From positions 1-64,000 of IMG/VR virus record IMGVR_UViG_3300042519_001519: a stretch of DNA of 64,000 nucleotides. One strand, 5' to 3'. The notes under the pieces were generated by a model. That model was not told the origin of the DNA. It was given only the letters and a program-made list of their open reading frames with translations, and searched no databases. Source of the DNA: an uncultured virus (IMG/VR IMGVR_UViG_3300042519_001519). Its lineage: Duplodnaviria; Heunggongvirae; Uroviricota; Caudoviricetes. Below, one piece after another: positions 20,474 to 30,718 of this stretch. Numbering within the stretch: the stretch's first letter is position 1; each line of letters starts with the position of its first letter. Both the position numbers and the translations under genes were made by a program.

Positions 20474-20929
20474 ATGATACAAAATAATGTAGCGCCAACA
20501 ATATTCGATTATGACATCGAGTATAATTTTAATGCAGCCGACATGAGCAATAAGTTATTTTGTACTTTTTCTTCTGAACAACAACTAGAAGGTATATTAA
20601 GTACAATACAGACCAAATACAAGATCATTTATAACAAAATTTTCGTTCTTTATTCAAAGAGCCAAGATGAATATATCTGTACATATAATGTAGAATTTGG
20701 AAACGTTTCTAATTTCTTAGAAAATACTATCTTAGTACATAGAAAAAAAGAATCAAACACCCTATACACAATCAATTCACTAAATCGTCTAATAGAGTCT
20801 TTAAACGGAGGAGTATTAGATACAAGCTTTAAAGTAGATTGGAATGACTATCAAAACTGCATACTATTAACAAAAGGTGCAGAACTAAAAAGAGTCAACA
20901 CAAAATTATTTAGAATTATAGAACTATAG
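20474..20929 (+). CDS. Hypothetical protein in the replication module
   Basis: ORF between the polymerase and SSB genes. Confidence 0.6.
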   Translation: MIQNNVAPTIFDYDIEYNFNAADMSNKLFCTFSSEQQLEGILSTIQTKYKIIYNKIFVLYSKSQDEYICTYNVEFGNVSNFLENTILVHRKKESNTLYTINSLNRLIESLNGGVLDTSFKVDWNDYQNCILLTKGAELKRVNTKLFRIIEL

Positions 20930-20960
20930 TTGGAATATCCAATTATATTTCTTATATTAT
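20930..20960 (+). promoter_or_regulatory. Bacteroidota-type promoter TTG-N20-TATATTA
   Basis: Matches the motif repeated 16 times with an exact 20-nt spacer. Confidence 0.7.
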
Positions 20961-20995
20961 ATAGATAAAAGTTTTAATTAAAAATCAGTTACATT

Positions 20996-21847
20996 ATGGA
21001 CATTAATGCTATCAAAGCTAAACTGGCCGCTTTAAACAGCACCGGAAATCAAGACCGTGAAAAAGTAGACTTCGACAAAATCTATTGGAGACCTGCAAAC
21101 GGAAAATCAACAATTAGAATCGTTCCTTCAGCTTTTAATGCTGCAGATCCTTTCACAGAATTGAAACTGCACTACAACATTGGGAAGTTCCCTATGATGT
21201 CATTGTCGAATTACGGCAAACAAGATCCAATCGAAGAATTTGTAAAAGAGTTAAGAAAGACTTCTGATAAAGACAACTGGTCATTATCTGGAAAGTTATC
21301 TCCTAAGTCAAGATTTTTTGCTCCTGTTATTGTAAGAGGTGAAGAAGAAAAAGGAGTTCGTCTTTGGTCATTCGGAGTAAACATCTACAAAGCATTACTT
21401 GCTTTAGCAGAAGATGAAGACATTGGAGATTTTACAGACGTAATGAGCGGATGGGATATGGTTGTAGAAAATACACCAGCAGCAGGACCAGGTCAATTCC
21501 CAACAACTACAGTTCGTATTAAACCTAAACAAACAACATTGTCAGATGATAATACTAAAGTTGACTTGTGGTTAAAAGAACAACCAAATGCTTTAGAAGT
21601 ACAAACTCAGTACGACTACGAATACATCAAGAAAAAATTACAAGAGTACCTTAACCCAGGAGAAGAAGTTGCTACACCAGCAAACATTCCAGCAGAATCA
21701 ATTGCACCAGCAACTCCGGTTGCAGTAGTGGCAGAAGAAACTGATCTATCAGCAACTTTAGGAAATCATAAAACAGATTTCACTTTAGAGACTGCAGTAG
21801 AGGGTAACAAAAGTACAGTAAATAAATTTGACGAATTATTTAACTAA
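20996..21847 (+). CDS. Single-stranded DNA-binding protein (T4 gp32-like)
   Basis: WRPANGKSTIRIVP, DPIEE, GVRLWSFG, GDFTDVMSGWD; acidic tail ending FDELFN. Confidence 0.85.
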   Translation: MDINAIKAKLAALNSTGNQDREKVDFDKIYWRPANGKSTIRIVPSAFNAADPFTELKLHYNIGKFPMMSLSNYGKQDPIEEFVKELRKTSDKDNWSLSGKLSPKSRFFAPVIVRGEEEKGVRLWSFGVNIYKALLALAEDEDIGDFTDVMSGWDMVVENTPAAGPGQFPTTTVRIKPKQTTLSDDNTKVDLWLKEQPNALEVQTQYDYEYIKKKLQEYLNPGEEVATPANIPAESIAPATPVAVVAEETDLSATLGNHKTDFTLETAVEGNKSTVNKFDELFN

Positions 21848-21849
21848 TA

Positions 21850-22929
21850 ATGGCAGTTAAAAAAACAGCCCCTAAAACCGCTAGCGAGATAATCAAAGGC
21901 GGTTTCAGTCTTGATAACTTTAAGAAAAACAAAGGATTTAGTAATTCTTCTGTAAAATTTAAAGAACAAGACTGGATTAAAGTCTCAGATGCTTTTACTG
22001 AAGTAACATCTCTCAAAGGAATTCCTATGGGACATATTACTCTCTTAAGAGGACATTCTGATACAGGTAAAACTACTCTATTACTAGAAGCAGCCGTTGA
22101 AGCACAAAAGCAACAGATACTTCCAGTATTCATTATTACTGAGATGAAATGGTCATGGCCTCATGCTCAAATGATGGGTCTTCAAGTTGAAGAAGTAGTT
22201 GATCAAGAGACAGGAGAAATAACTGACTACAAAGGATTTTTCTTATACGCAGATAGAGGAACTCTAAACACGATAGAAGACGTAGCAGTTTACATATTAG
22301 ACTTAATCGATGAACAGAAGAAAGGAAATCTTCCTTATGATCTACTATTCTTATGGGATTCAGTTGGATCAGTTCCAAGTGATTTATCAGTAAGGTCGAA
22401 TAAGAATAATAATGAATGGAATGCCGGAGCAATGTCTACTCAATTTGGAAATAACGTAAATCAAAAGATTATGTTATCAAGAAAAGAAGCAAGTAAGTAT
22501 ACAAATACTCTAGTAGCAATTAACAAAGTCTGGACTGCAAAACCTGAACATCCAATGGGTCAACCTCGATTGGAGAATAAAGGAGGAAAGACAATGTGGT
22601 ATGACGCAACAGTCATCATTACATTTGGAAACATTACCAACTCAGGTACTTCTAAAATTAAAGCTGTAAACAAAGGAAAGGAATATGAATTTGCTAAAAG
22701 AACAAAAGTTCAGATAGAGAAGAATCATATCGATGGAGTACAGTCAAGAGGAGCTATCATTATGACAAGTCATGGATTTATTGCAGACGATAAGAAAGCA
22801 ATTGATGCATATAAAGACGCACATAAAGGATCTTGGGCTAATACTTTAGGGTCAACAGACTTTACAGTAACAATAGAAGCCGAAGTAGGAGAAGATGTAA
22901 GAACCGATATGGAAATGCTCGATGAGTAA
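21850..22929 (+). CDS. RecA/UvsX-like recombinase
   Basis: GIPMG, Walker A GHSDTGKT, Walker B LWDSVG, GGK. Confidence 0.9.
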   Translation: MAVKKTAPKTASEIIKGGFSLDNFKKNKGFSNSSVKFKEQDWIKVSDAFTEVTSLKGIPMGHITLLRGHSDTGKTTLLLEAAVEAQKQQILPVFIITEMKWSWPHAQMMGLQVEEVVDQETGEITDYKGFFLYADRGTLNTIEDVAVYILDLIDEQKKGNLPYDLLFLWDSVGSVPSDLSVRSNKNNNEWNAGAMSTQFGNNVNQKIMLSRKEASKYTNTLVAINKVWTAKPEHPMGQPRLENKGGKTMWYDATVIITFGNITNSGTSKIKAVNKGKEYEFAKRTKVQIEKNHIDGVQSRGAIIMTSHGFIADDKKAIDAYKDAHKGSWANTLGSTDFTVTIEAEVGEDVRTDMEMLDE

Positions 22930-23944
22930 TTATTTAGACATCCTAAATAAAATCGAAAAAAAACCAGACAGGAAACTAAACGACCATGTTTTGATTGTAG
23001 ATAGTATGAATACCTTTATAAGGTCTTTTGCAATGCTACAGTCTATGAATCCACAAGGCCATCACACTGGTGGTCTTGTTGGTTTTTTAAGGTCACTGGG
23101 TTTTCTAAATAGAACAATTGACCCTACTAGAATCATTTGCGTATTTGACGGACAAGCTTCCTCTTCAAGTAGAAAGAGTATTGATCCTGAATACAAAGCA
23201 AATAGAAATATTAAGAGGATTACCAATTGGGAAATATTCGATGATAAAGATGATGAATTCCAGAGCATGACAATGCAAATGGGACGATTGGTTGAGTACC
23301 TACAATGTTTACCTCTTACTCTAATCTCTATTGATAAGATAGAAGCAGATGATACTATATCCTATCTAGCTCAGAAATTTGGAGCTAATGGTAAAAAGGT
23401 AACAATTGTTTCTTCTGATAAAGATTTTTTACAGATAGTGGACGAAAATATAGAAGTTTATTCCCCTATTAAGAAAAAAACCTATGGAAAAAAAGAGGTA
23501 CAGGAAGAAGTAGGAGTACTTCCTGCGAATTATTTAATCATGAAAGCACTTCTAGGAGATAACTCAGACAACCTGACAGGTATAAAAGGGTTAGGACCTA
23601 AGACATTACTAAAAGAATTTCCAGGACTAGTAAAGCATCCTTTATTTGAATTAAAAGATATTCATAAAATTTGTACAGAAAAATTACAGACTAAGAAAAT
23701 ATTTGCACAAATACTGTATGATTGGAATAAAGTAAAAACTAACTATGAATTAATGAATCTTTTAGAGCCAAGGTTGGGAGATTACGAAATAGTTCATATA
23801 TTAGATAAGATAAGAGAGCCAATACCTGCTCTACAGGTTGTTACTTTTTTAAACATGTTAGAGGCGGATCAAATCGAAGCTCTAAACAAAAACGTTGAAG
23901 GATGGCTTGAAATATTTAGACCGCTTTCAACATATAAAAAATAA
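22922..23944 (+). CDS. 5'-3' exonuclease / flap endonuclease (T4 RNase H-like)
   Basis: IVDSMN, FDG, EYKANR, EADD, SSDKD, GDNSDNLTGIKGLGPKT. Confidence 0.93.
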   Translation: MSNYLDILNKIEKKPDRKLNDHVLIVDSMNTFIRSFAMLQSMNPQGHHTGGLVGFLRSLGFLNRTIDPTRIICVFDGQASSSSRKSIDPEYKANRNIKRITNWEIFDDKDDEFQSMTMQMGRLVEYLQCLPLTLISIDKIEADDTISYLAQKFGANGKKVTIVSSDKDFLQIVDENIEVYSPIKKKTYGKKEVQEEVGVLPANYLIMKALLGDNSDNLTGIKGLGPKTLLKEFPGLVKHPLFELKDIHKICTEKLQTKKIFAQILYDWNKVKTNYELMNLLEPRLGDYEIVHILDKIREPIPALQVVTFLNMLEADQIEALNKNVEGWLEIFRPLSTYKK

Positions 23945-23964
23945 GTTATAATAAAATAAGTTAC

Positions 23965-25317
23965 ATGACATCATTAGCAAAATTATCTTCTTACGGAAAA
24001 GGGTTCCAATTAAAAGTATTGGGAGCATTATTAACAGACAAAAAATTCTTGCTTAACACAAGAGATTTATTACGACCAGATTATTTTGATTCAGATGCTC
24101 ACAAATGGATTCTAGAAACTACTATTAAGTATTATGATAAGTATCATACTACAATTTCTTTAGAGGCATTAAAAATCGAATTACAGAAAGTAGAGAATGA
24201 TATTCTACAAGTAGCAGTTAAATCAGAATTGAGAAATTGTTATGAAGCAACTCAGGAAGATTTAGCATACGTTGTAGAAGAATTTACTACCTTTGCCAAG
24301 AACCAAGAACTTAAAGCAGCATTATTAAACTCAGCAGATCTTTTAAACCAAGGAGACTTTGATGGAATCAGAGGATTGATTGAAAGAGCTATGAGAGCTG
24401 GTATGGATAAGAATATGGGTCATGAGTATAATAAGGATGTAGAGAGCCGTTATAGAGAGAACTACAGACCAACTATTCCAACACCTTGGCCGATTATGAA
24501 TGAGACTATTGGAGGAGGATTCGGACCTGGAGATTTAATTATTATGTTTGGTAACCCTGGAGGAGGAAAGTCTTGGACGATGGTTGCAGCAGCAGCACAT
24601 GCAGTACTAATGGGTTATAATGTAAATTACTATACTTTAGAACTTGGAGAGGATTATGTAGGTAAACGCTTTGACTGCTACTTTACAGGTTACGGAATTG
24701 AAGAAGTAAATAAGCATAGAGGAGAAGTAGAAAAAATTGTAGGTAAGTTAAAAGGAAAACTTATCGTAAAGGAATATCCACCAAAAGGAGCTTCAATTAA
24801 TACAATTAAATCTCATATTCAGAAATGTATGGATATGGATCACAAACCAGATATGATTGTTATTGACTATGTCGATTATTTAAAAGCACCTTCGAAATCT
24901 CGTTTCACAGAGAGAAAAGATGAAATAGATGACGTATTCATTGCAACGAAAGGATTAGCTAAGGAACTTCAAATACCTATTCTAACACCATCTCAAGTTA
25001 ATAGAATGGGTGCTAAGGATTCTGTTATTGAAGGAGACAAAGCAGCAGGTTCTTACGACAAGATGATGGTAGCAGATGTTTGTTTATCTCTATCGAGAAT
25101 GAAAGAAGATAAAGTTTTAGGAACAGGAAGAATTCACGTAATGAAGAACAGATATGGAATGGACGGTATGACTTGGGATGCTAAAGTTGATACAAATAAT
25201 GGACATATTGAGATCTTAGGGCACATGTTAATCGACGAATCAGGTGACAAACCAAGAGGGAGTTACAAAGATATTGCCAATAAGTTCTTCGAATTAGAAT
25301 CTCAAGTTCCAGGATAA
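23965..25317 (+). CDS. DnaB-like replicative helicase
   Basis: GNPGGGKS, TLEL, IVIDYVD, SQVNR, KNRYG. Confidence 0.93.
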   Translation: MTSLAKLSSYGKGFQLKVLGALLTDKKFLLNTRDLLRPDYFDSDAHKWILETTIKYYDKYHTTISLEALKIELQKVENDILQVAVKSELRNCYEATQEDLAYVVEEFTTFAKNQELKAALLNSADLLNQGDFDGIRGLIERAMRAGMDKNMGHEYNKDVESRYRENYRPTIPTPWPIMNETIGGGFGPGDLIIMFGNPGGGKSWTMVAAAAHAVLMGYNVNYYTLELGEDYVGKRFDCYFTGYGIEEVNKHRGEVEKIVGKLKGKLIVKEYPPKGASINTIKSHIQKCMDMDHKPDMIVIDYVDYLKAPSKSRFTERKDEIDDVFIATKGLAKELQIPILTPSQVNRMGAKDSVIEGDKAAGSYDKMMVADVCLSLSRMKEDKVLGTGRIHVMKNRYGMDGMTWDAKVDTNNGHIEILGHMLIDESGDKPRGSYKDIANKFFELESQVPG

Positions 25318-25371
25318 AAGCCTATTTATTTCTACAGCCATAATCTATAACAAATATTAAAAAAAGCCGAT

Positions 25372-26349
25372 ATGAGTCTAAAAGACGAACGCATAGTTTA
25401 TAAACCATTTGAATACCCACAAGCACACGATTACTGGCTTAAAGCGCACCAAGCGCACTGGTTACATACAGAAGTTCCAATGTCACAAGACGTAACAGAT
25501 TGGAATTCAAACCTTAAACCGCACGAAAAAAACCTTATAGGAGGAATCCTAAAAGGCTTTGCTCAAACAGAAACAGTTGTAAATGATTACTGGACATCTT
25601 TAGTAACAAAATGGTTTAGAAAACCAGAAGTTATTATGATGGCAGTTACTTTTGGAGCTTTCGAAACAATCCATGCTGAAGCATATGCTTTACTAAACGA
25701 ACAATTAGGATTAGATAATTTTGCAGAATTCTTAGAAGACGAATCAACTGCAGCTAAAATTCAATCTTTAATGGATGTTAGAGATGGAAATGCAGGAGAA
25801 ACAGATTGGCATGAAGCAGCTAGATCTCTAGCAATATTCTCAGCATTTACTGAAGGAGTAAATTTATTCTCTTCTTTTGCAGTATTGTTATCATTTAAAA
25901 TGAGAAACAAGCTAAAAGGAGTAGGGCAGATAGTTGAATGGTCTGTAAGAGATGAATCACTTCACTCAGAAGCAGGATGTTGGTTATTCAGAACTTTAAT
26001 GGAAGAATATCCAGAATTAAAAACAGAAAGACTTATCAACGATATTAGAGAAGCGGCAACGCTTGCTTTAGAATTAGAATTCAATTTTATTGATAAAGTA
26101 TTTGAAATGGGAGATTTAGAAAACTTATCTAAAAACGAACTAAAAAACTTTATTAAACACAGAGTAAATACTAAGATGGGAGATTTAGGATTAAAACCAT
26201 TAATACCTTCAGATCAAATCGATAAAGGAGCTTTAAAACAAATGTTATGGTTTGATGCTGTAGTAGCAGGAAAACAGCATACAGATTTTTTCGCATCAAG
26301 AGTAACAAATTATGCTAAAGGGCATATGGATTGGGACAACGCATTTTAA
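25372..26349 (+). CDS. nrdB: Class I ribonucleotide reductase beta subunit
   Basis: YKPFEYP, ETIH...Y, EG..LFSSF, RDESLH, DFF. Confidence 0.95.
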   Translation: MSLKDERIVYKPFEYPQAHDYWLKAHQAHWLHTEVPMSQDVTDWNSNLKPHEKNLIGGILKGFAQTETVVNDYWTSLVTKWFRKPEVIMMAVTFGAFETIHAEAYALLNEQLGLDNFAEFLEDESTAAKIQSLMDVRDGNAGETDWHEAARSLAIFSAFTEGVNLFSSFAVLLSFKMRNKLKGVGQIVEWSVRDESLHSEAGCWLFRTLMEEYPELKTERLINDIREAATLALELEFNFIDKVFEMGDLENLSKNELKNFIKHRVNTKMGDLGLKPLIPSDQIDKGALKQMLWFDAVVAGKQHTDFFASRVTNYAKGHMDWDNAF

Positions 26350-26358
26350 TTTAATTTT

Positions 26359-28068
26359 ATGGGAGTAGATTACAGTACCTGGAAACCAGGTGTAGATTAT
26401 CCGGAATGGATGAATGAAGTATCTTTGGCTACAATTTCAAATGGTTATTTATTACCTGATGAAAATCCAAAGAAAGCTTACAAAAGAGTTGCTGATGCAG
26501 TAGCTAAGAGATTAGATCGTCCTGATCTAGCAAATAAATTTTACAAGTACATGTGGAAGGGTTGGTTAAACCTAGCTTCACCTGTATTATCAAACACTGG
26601 AACTGACAAAGGACTTCCAATCTCATGTTTCGGTATAGATACTCCTGATTCAATCAGAGGTATAGGATTAACTAATGCAGAACTAATGAGACTTACTTCT
26701 TTAGGAGGAGGAGTTGGAATTGGATTAGGAAGAGTTAGAGGAAGAGGAAAGAAGATCGCAAATGGCGATACAGGTAACTCAGAAGGAATTGTGCCTTGGG
26801 CTAAGATCTATGATTCAACTATCATTGCTACAAATCAAGGATCAGTTCGTAGAGGAGCAGCTTCTGTAAACTTAGATATTAATCACGAAGACATAAAAGA
26901 GTTTTTACGTATTAGAAGACCTCAAGGAGATCCAAACCGTCAGTGTTTAAATTTACACCAATGTGTTTCTATTGATGATAAGTTTATGCAGAGATTAGAG
27001 CATAGAGATCCAGAGGCAATGGAATTATGGGTTGAGATTTTAAAGTCAAGAGTTGAGACAGGAGAGCCTTATCTTATGTTTAAGGATAACGTTAACAACG
27101 CTAATCCACAGGCATACGTAAAAAACAACTTAGATGTAACAATGACTAATATCTGTTCAGAGATTGCATTACATACTGACGAAGAGCATTCATTTGTTTG
27201 TTGTTTATCTTCTTTGAATATTACAAGATACGATGAGTGGAAAGATACTGACTTAGTTGAAACAGCAATCTATTTCTTAGACGGAGTATTAGAAGAATTT
27301 TTAGTTAAGACAAATGGTAAAGATTCTATGATTAGAGCACACCGTTCTGCTAAAAAAGGAAGAGCATTAGGATTAGGAGTATTAGGATGGCATTCATTCT
27401 TACAATCAAAAGGATTACCATTTAATTCAATCGCATCTACTTCTTGGACAAATAGAATATTTGCACAGATTAAAACACAAGCAGAAGCAGCTTCTAGAAA
27501 ATTAGCTGAAGAGTATGGTGAACCAATCTGGTGTAAAGGAACAGGAATGAGAAATACGCATTTAATTGCTATTGCTCCAACAGTATCCAATTCAACAATC
27601 TCAGGAGGAGTATCAGCAGGTATTGAACCAATTCCAGCAAACGTTTATACTTTTAATTCATCTAAAGGAACTTTTATTAGAAAGAATCCAGTATTAGAAA
27701 AGTATTTAGAAGACAAAGGACATAATACAGAAGAGGTATGGCAACAAATTTTAAAAGATAGAGGATCAATTGCAAATCTACCTGAAGACATTATGCCGTT
27801 TGACGATAAAGAAGTATTCTTAACATTTGCAGAAATAAATCAATTGGCTTTAGTAGAACAGGCTTCAGTAAGACAGAAGTATGTTGACCAGGCTCAATCA
27901 TTAAACTTAGCATTCGATCCGGGAGATAGTCCTAAATTTATAAACCTTGTTCACCAGACAGCTTGGAAACTTGGATTAAAAACGTTATATTATCTAAGAA
28001 CCGATTCTGTCATAAACGGAGATATTGGAAGTAGAACTTCTGAAGACTGTTTAAGCTGTGATGGATAA
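26359..28068 (+). CDS. nrdA: Class I ribonucleotide reductase alpha subunit (no ATP cone apparent)
   Basis: SPVLSN, ISCF, GGGVG, TNICSEI, CCLSS, APTVSNS, LYYLR, C-terminal CLSCDG. Confidence 0.95.
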   Translation: MGVDYSTWKPGVDYPEWMNEVSLATISNGYLLPDENPKKAYKRVADAVAKRLDRPDLANKFYKYMWKGWLNLASPVLSNTGTDKGLPISCFGIDTPDSIRGIGLTNAELMRLTSLGGGVGIGLGRVRGRGKKIANGDTGNSEGIVPWAKIYDSTIIATNQGSVRRGAASVNLDINHEDIKEFLRIRRPQGDPNRQCLNLHQCVSIDDKFMQRLEHRDPEAMELWVEILKSRVETGEPYLMFKDNVNNANPQAYVKNNLDVTMTNICSEIALHTDEEHSFVCCLSSLNITRYDEWKDTDLVETAIYFLDGVLEEFLVKTNGKDSMIRAHRSAKKGRALGLGVLGWHSFLQSKGLPFNSIASTSWTNRIFAQIKTQAEAASRKLAEEYGEPIWCKGTGMRNTHLIAIAPTVSNSTISGGVSAGIEPIPANVYTFNSSKGTFIRKNPVLEKYLEDKGHNTEEVWQQILKDRGSIANLPEDIMPFDDKEVFLTFAEINQLALVEQASVRQKYVDQAQSLNLAFDPGDSPKFINLVHQTAWKLGLKTLYYLRTDSVINGDIGSRTSEDCLSCDG

Positions 28069-28079
28069 AAAATAAAAAT

Positions 28080-28535
28080 ATGACACTATTAATTATTTCA
28101 CTATTTCTAGCAGTTGTAATTTTTCTACTAACAGTAAAGCTAAAAGACTATGTAGAAGAAGTAGCGCAATTGAGAAAACAAATTGAAGAAACAGCTGCAG
28201 CTCATATAATTGAGAAAGCAAAAGTAAAAAAAGATTCAACATTTAGATCTTCAGCAGTTAACTGGGGTAAAACAATTGAACACTTTGTTCCGTTTATGAC
28301 AAAGTTCCCTATACCGGCAGAAGATGTAGTATTCCTAGGAATGCCAATCGACTATGTAGGGTTTACTAACACAGAGAGTAAAACCAAATGTGAGGTACAT
28401 TTCATTGAAGTAAAATCAGGAAATGCATTTTTAATGGGAAAACAAAAGAATATTAAAAAAGCAATTCAAGAAGGAAGAGTTCACTGGCATGAAATTGCAG
28501 TAGATGGAAACCGAGTAGAGATCACGGAAGAATAG
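28080..28535 (+). CDS. PD-(D/E)XK endonuclease (Holliday-junction-resolvase-like) with an N-terminal membrane anchor
   Basis: FLGMPIDYVGF...FIEVKSG; hydrophobic N-terminus. Confidence 0.8.
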   Translation: MTLLIISLFLAVVIFLLTVKLKDYVEEVAQLRKQIEETAAAHIIEKAKVKKDSTFRSSAVNWGKTIEHFVPFMTKFPIPAEDVVFLGMPIDYVGFTNTESKTKCEVHFIEVKSGNAFLMGKQKNIKKAIQEGRVHWHEIAVDGNRVEITEE

Positions 28536-28548
28536 CTATTTATATGAA

Positions 28549-29547
28549 ATGAATATATTAGCCAAAATAGTAAAAATGTTATACCCTCTACTAATACTAG
28601 GGGGTATTTTATCTACGTACGGTCAAACCTTTACGCACTCTGGTTATATCTATGGATCAAACGCTACAGGTATACAAGGAGTACAGGTGCAGTTATATAG
28701 TAGAACAACACCTACTTTAACAGGATTTACAAACCAGCAAAATTATAACGGACATTCCTATTATAGATCAACAAGTTCAATGACATGGACAGCTGCAAGA
28801 CAGGCTTGTGCTAATATGGGAGGATATTTAGTAACTGTAACTACAGCAGCTGAAAATAACTTTATATTTAACTTATGGTCTGATGGATGGATAGGATTAA
28901 CAGATGAAGTAGTAGAAGGCCAATGGAGATGGGTAACAGGAGAGCCGTACACTTGGGGAAACTGGAACTCAGGAGAACCTAATAATTCAAATAATGAAGA
29001 TTATACTCAATTTGTAGGAAACGGTAAATGGAATGATTTACCAAATACATCTTTACCGTATGTATTAGAATTTGACTATATAGTGACTTTTACACCCTGG
29101 ACTTTGGTAACAACAGCAACAACAGATGTAACAGGGAGATATGTATTTTCAACACCAACAAATCCTTCTGTAGAATATTACATAACTTTTACTCCTCCAA
29201 CCCTACCTACATTGCAAATAAGTGATGCACAGATTTCAAACACTGTAACTCTAGGATCACTGGCTTTAAAGAGTAGAGACTATTTTAGATTTGATGTTAA
29301 TAATGATGGTAGAGTAACAATATCAGATACTTATTCAATATTTGCTAGAAGAAACGGAATATTTACATCCTTTCCAGCATCCCCTCCAGACAGTAGAATA
29401 TTTACAACAACTCAATGGAGTACAATTAATGCAAGTACAACAAACCTGAAAGCAACATTTCCAGGGGTACAGACAATTACAATTAATACACCTGTATCGG
29501 GTGGAGTTTCTTCTTACTATATTACTAGACTAGGGTATAGCAACTAA
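28549..29547 (+). CDS. Secreted C-type lectin domain protein with a dockerin/EF-hand-like motif
   Basis: Signal peptide (YG/Q); TWTAARQAC...WIGL...GEPNN...WND; DVNNDGRVTISD. Confidence 0.85.
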   Translation: MNILAKIVKMLYPLLILGGILSTYGQTFTHSGYIYGSNATGIQGVQVQLYSRTTPTLTGFTNQQNYNGHSYYRSTSSMTWTAARQACANMGGYLVTVTTAAENNFIFNLWSDGWIGLTDEVVEGQWRWVTGEPYTWGNWNSGEPNNSNNEDYTQFVGNGKWNDLPNTSLPYVLEFDYIVTFTPWTLVTTATTDVTGRYVFSTPTNPSVEYYITFTPPTLPTLQISDAQISNTVTLGSLALKSRDYFRFDVNNDGRVTISDTYSIFARRNGIFTSFPASPPDSRIFTTTQWSTINASTTNLKATFPGVQTITINTPVSGGVSSYYITRLGYSN

Positions 29548-29625
29548 AATCAGTACTATTTATAAAAGGTATGAGAGTGCATAAGCACCCGGTTGTGAAA
29601 TAAAAATAACTTAAAAACAAAAGAA

Positions 29626-30717
29626 ATGAAAAAATTACTTTTAGTATTGAGTTTAGTTTTAGTATCATTAACAGGATTTGCACAAACTATCGCACCTGAT
29701 GCTACTAAGCCTTACTTAATATTTGACGCTAGTTACAACCTGGCACCACTTGGAGCAACACCTACAAACGTTGCAATTTATTATGATAATGCTGGTTCTA
29801 CAGCTATCAAAGCAGTACAGTACAGATTTTGGTACGACAAAAACGTATTTGCTTCTCCTACAGTGACTTACACTGGAACTGAAGCAAACAATTATTTCCA
29901 AACATTAGTAAATGCTACTGAAGGAAATGTAACAGTTACATGGGTTTACACAGGAGCAGATGCTGCTTTCAATATTGCTGACGGAGCAATGTTCAACGTA
30001 GCTTTACCATTTAAAGCAGGTTATACAAACGGTGCAGTAACAGCAATGGCGTTTACAGGAGCGACAGCTTACCCGGCTTACGGTACTCTAGCAAATGGAA
30101 CTGATACTACACTAGGATTACATAATTACGGAGGAGCGTTCACAGAACCAGTATTTAACTATGCTGCTACATTCTTAAATGATCCAACCAACCCAGCTTC
30201 AGACGTTCCAGTAATATTACAAAAATCTTCAAACGGAACAACTTGGGTAGATGTAATGACAGTTAATACAGCAACTACAACAGGAGTAGCATCATTCACA
30301 ACTAACTTAGATCAAAACTACTGGCAAATTAGAGTAAAAGTAGCACCAGGATTAACAGCACCAGGAGCATTAGCAGCAGCAGATGCAAATATGATTGCTC
30401 AAATCGCTACAGGAATACAAGCTCCAACTGGAACTCAATTCTATACTGCTAACCCTAACCAAGCAAATGGAATAACAATTTCAGATTCATATACAGTATT
30501 CTCTAGATTGGCTCAAGGTTTATCAGTTTACCCAAACACACCTGATTTACTATTCTTTACAGAAGCTCAATACAACACTATTGCAGCAGCTACAACAGAT
30601 CAGTCAGCAACAATTCCAGGGGTAGCAACATTCTTATCAGCTAACATTAACAATACAACAGCAGCCAATTACTATCTTCTAGTATTAGGAGACGCAAACG
30701 GAACAGGACGCAACTAA
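29626..30717 (+). CDS. Secreted cohesin-like plus degenerate dockerin-like protein
   Basis: Signal peptide (FA/Q); IKAVQYRFWYDK cohesin-like strand; ANPNQANGITISD and GDANG; C-terminal half resembles that of 28549..29547. Confidence 0.6.
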   Translation: MKKLLLVLSLVLVSLTGFAQTIAPDATKPYLIFDASYNLAPLGATPTNVAIYYDNAGSTAIKAVQYRFWYDKNVFASPTVTYTGTEANNYFQTLVNATEGNVTVTWVYTGADAAFNIADGAMFNVALPFKAGYTNGAVTAMAFTGATAYPAYGTLANGTDTTLGLHNYGGAFTEPVFNYAATFLNDPTNPASDVPVILQKSSNGTTWVDVMTVNTATTTGVASFTTNLDQNYWQIRVKVAPGLTAPGALAAADANMIAQIATGIQAPTGTQFYTANPNQANGITISDSYTVFSRLAQGLSVYPNTPDLLFFTEAQYNTIAAATTDQSATIPGVATFLSANINNTTAANYYLLVLGDANGTGRN

Positions 30718-30718
30718 T

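Noticed and set aside
19129..28068. Introns or inteins in polymerase, helicase or RNR genes
   Set aside because: ORFs are continuous and of ordinary or short length with no splicing motifs
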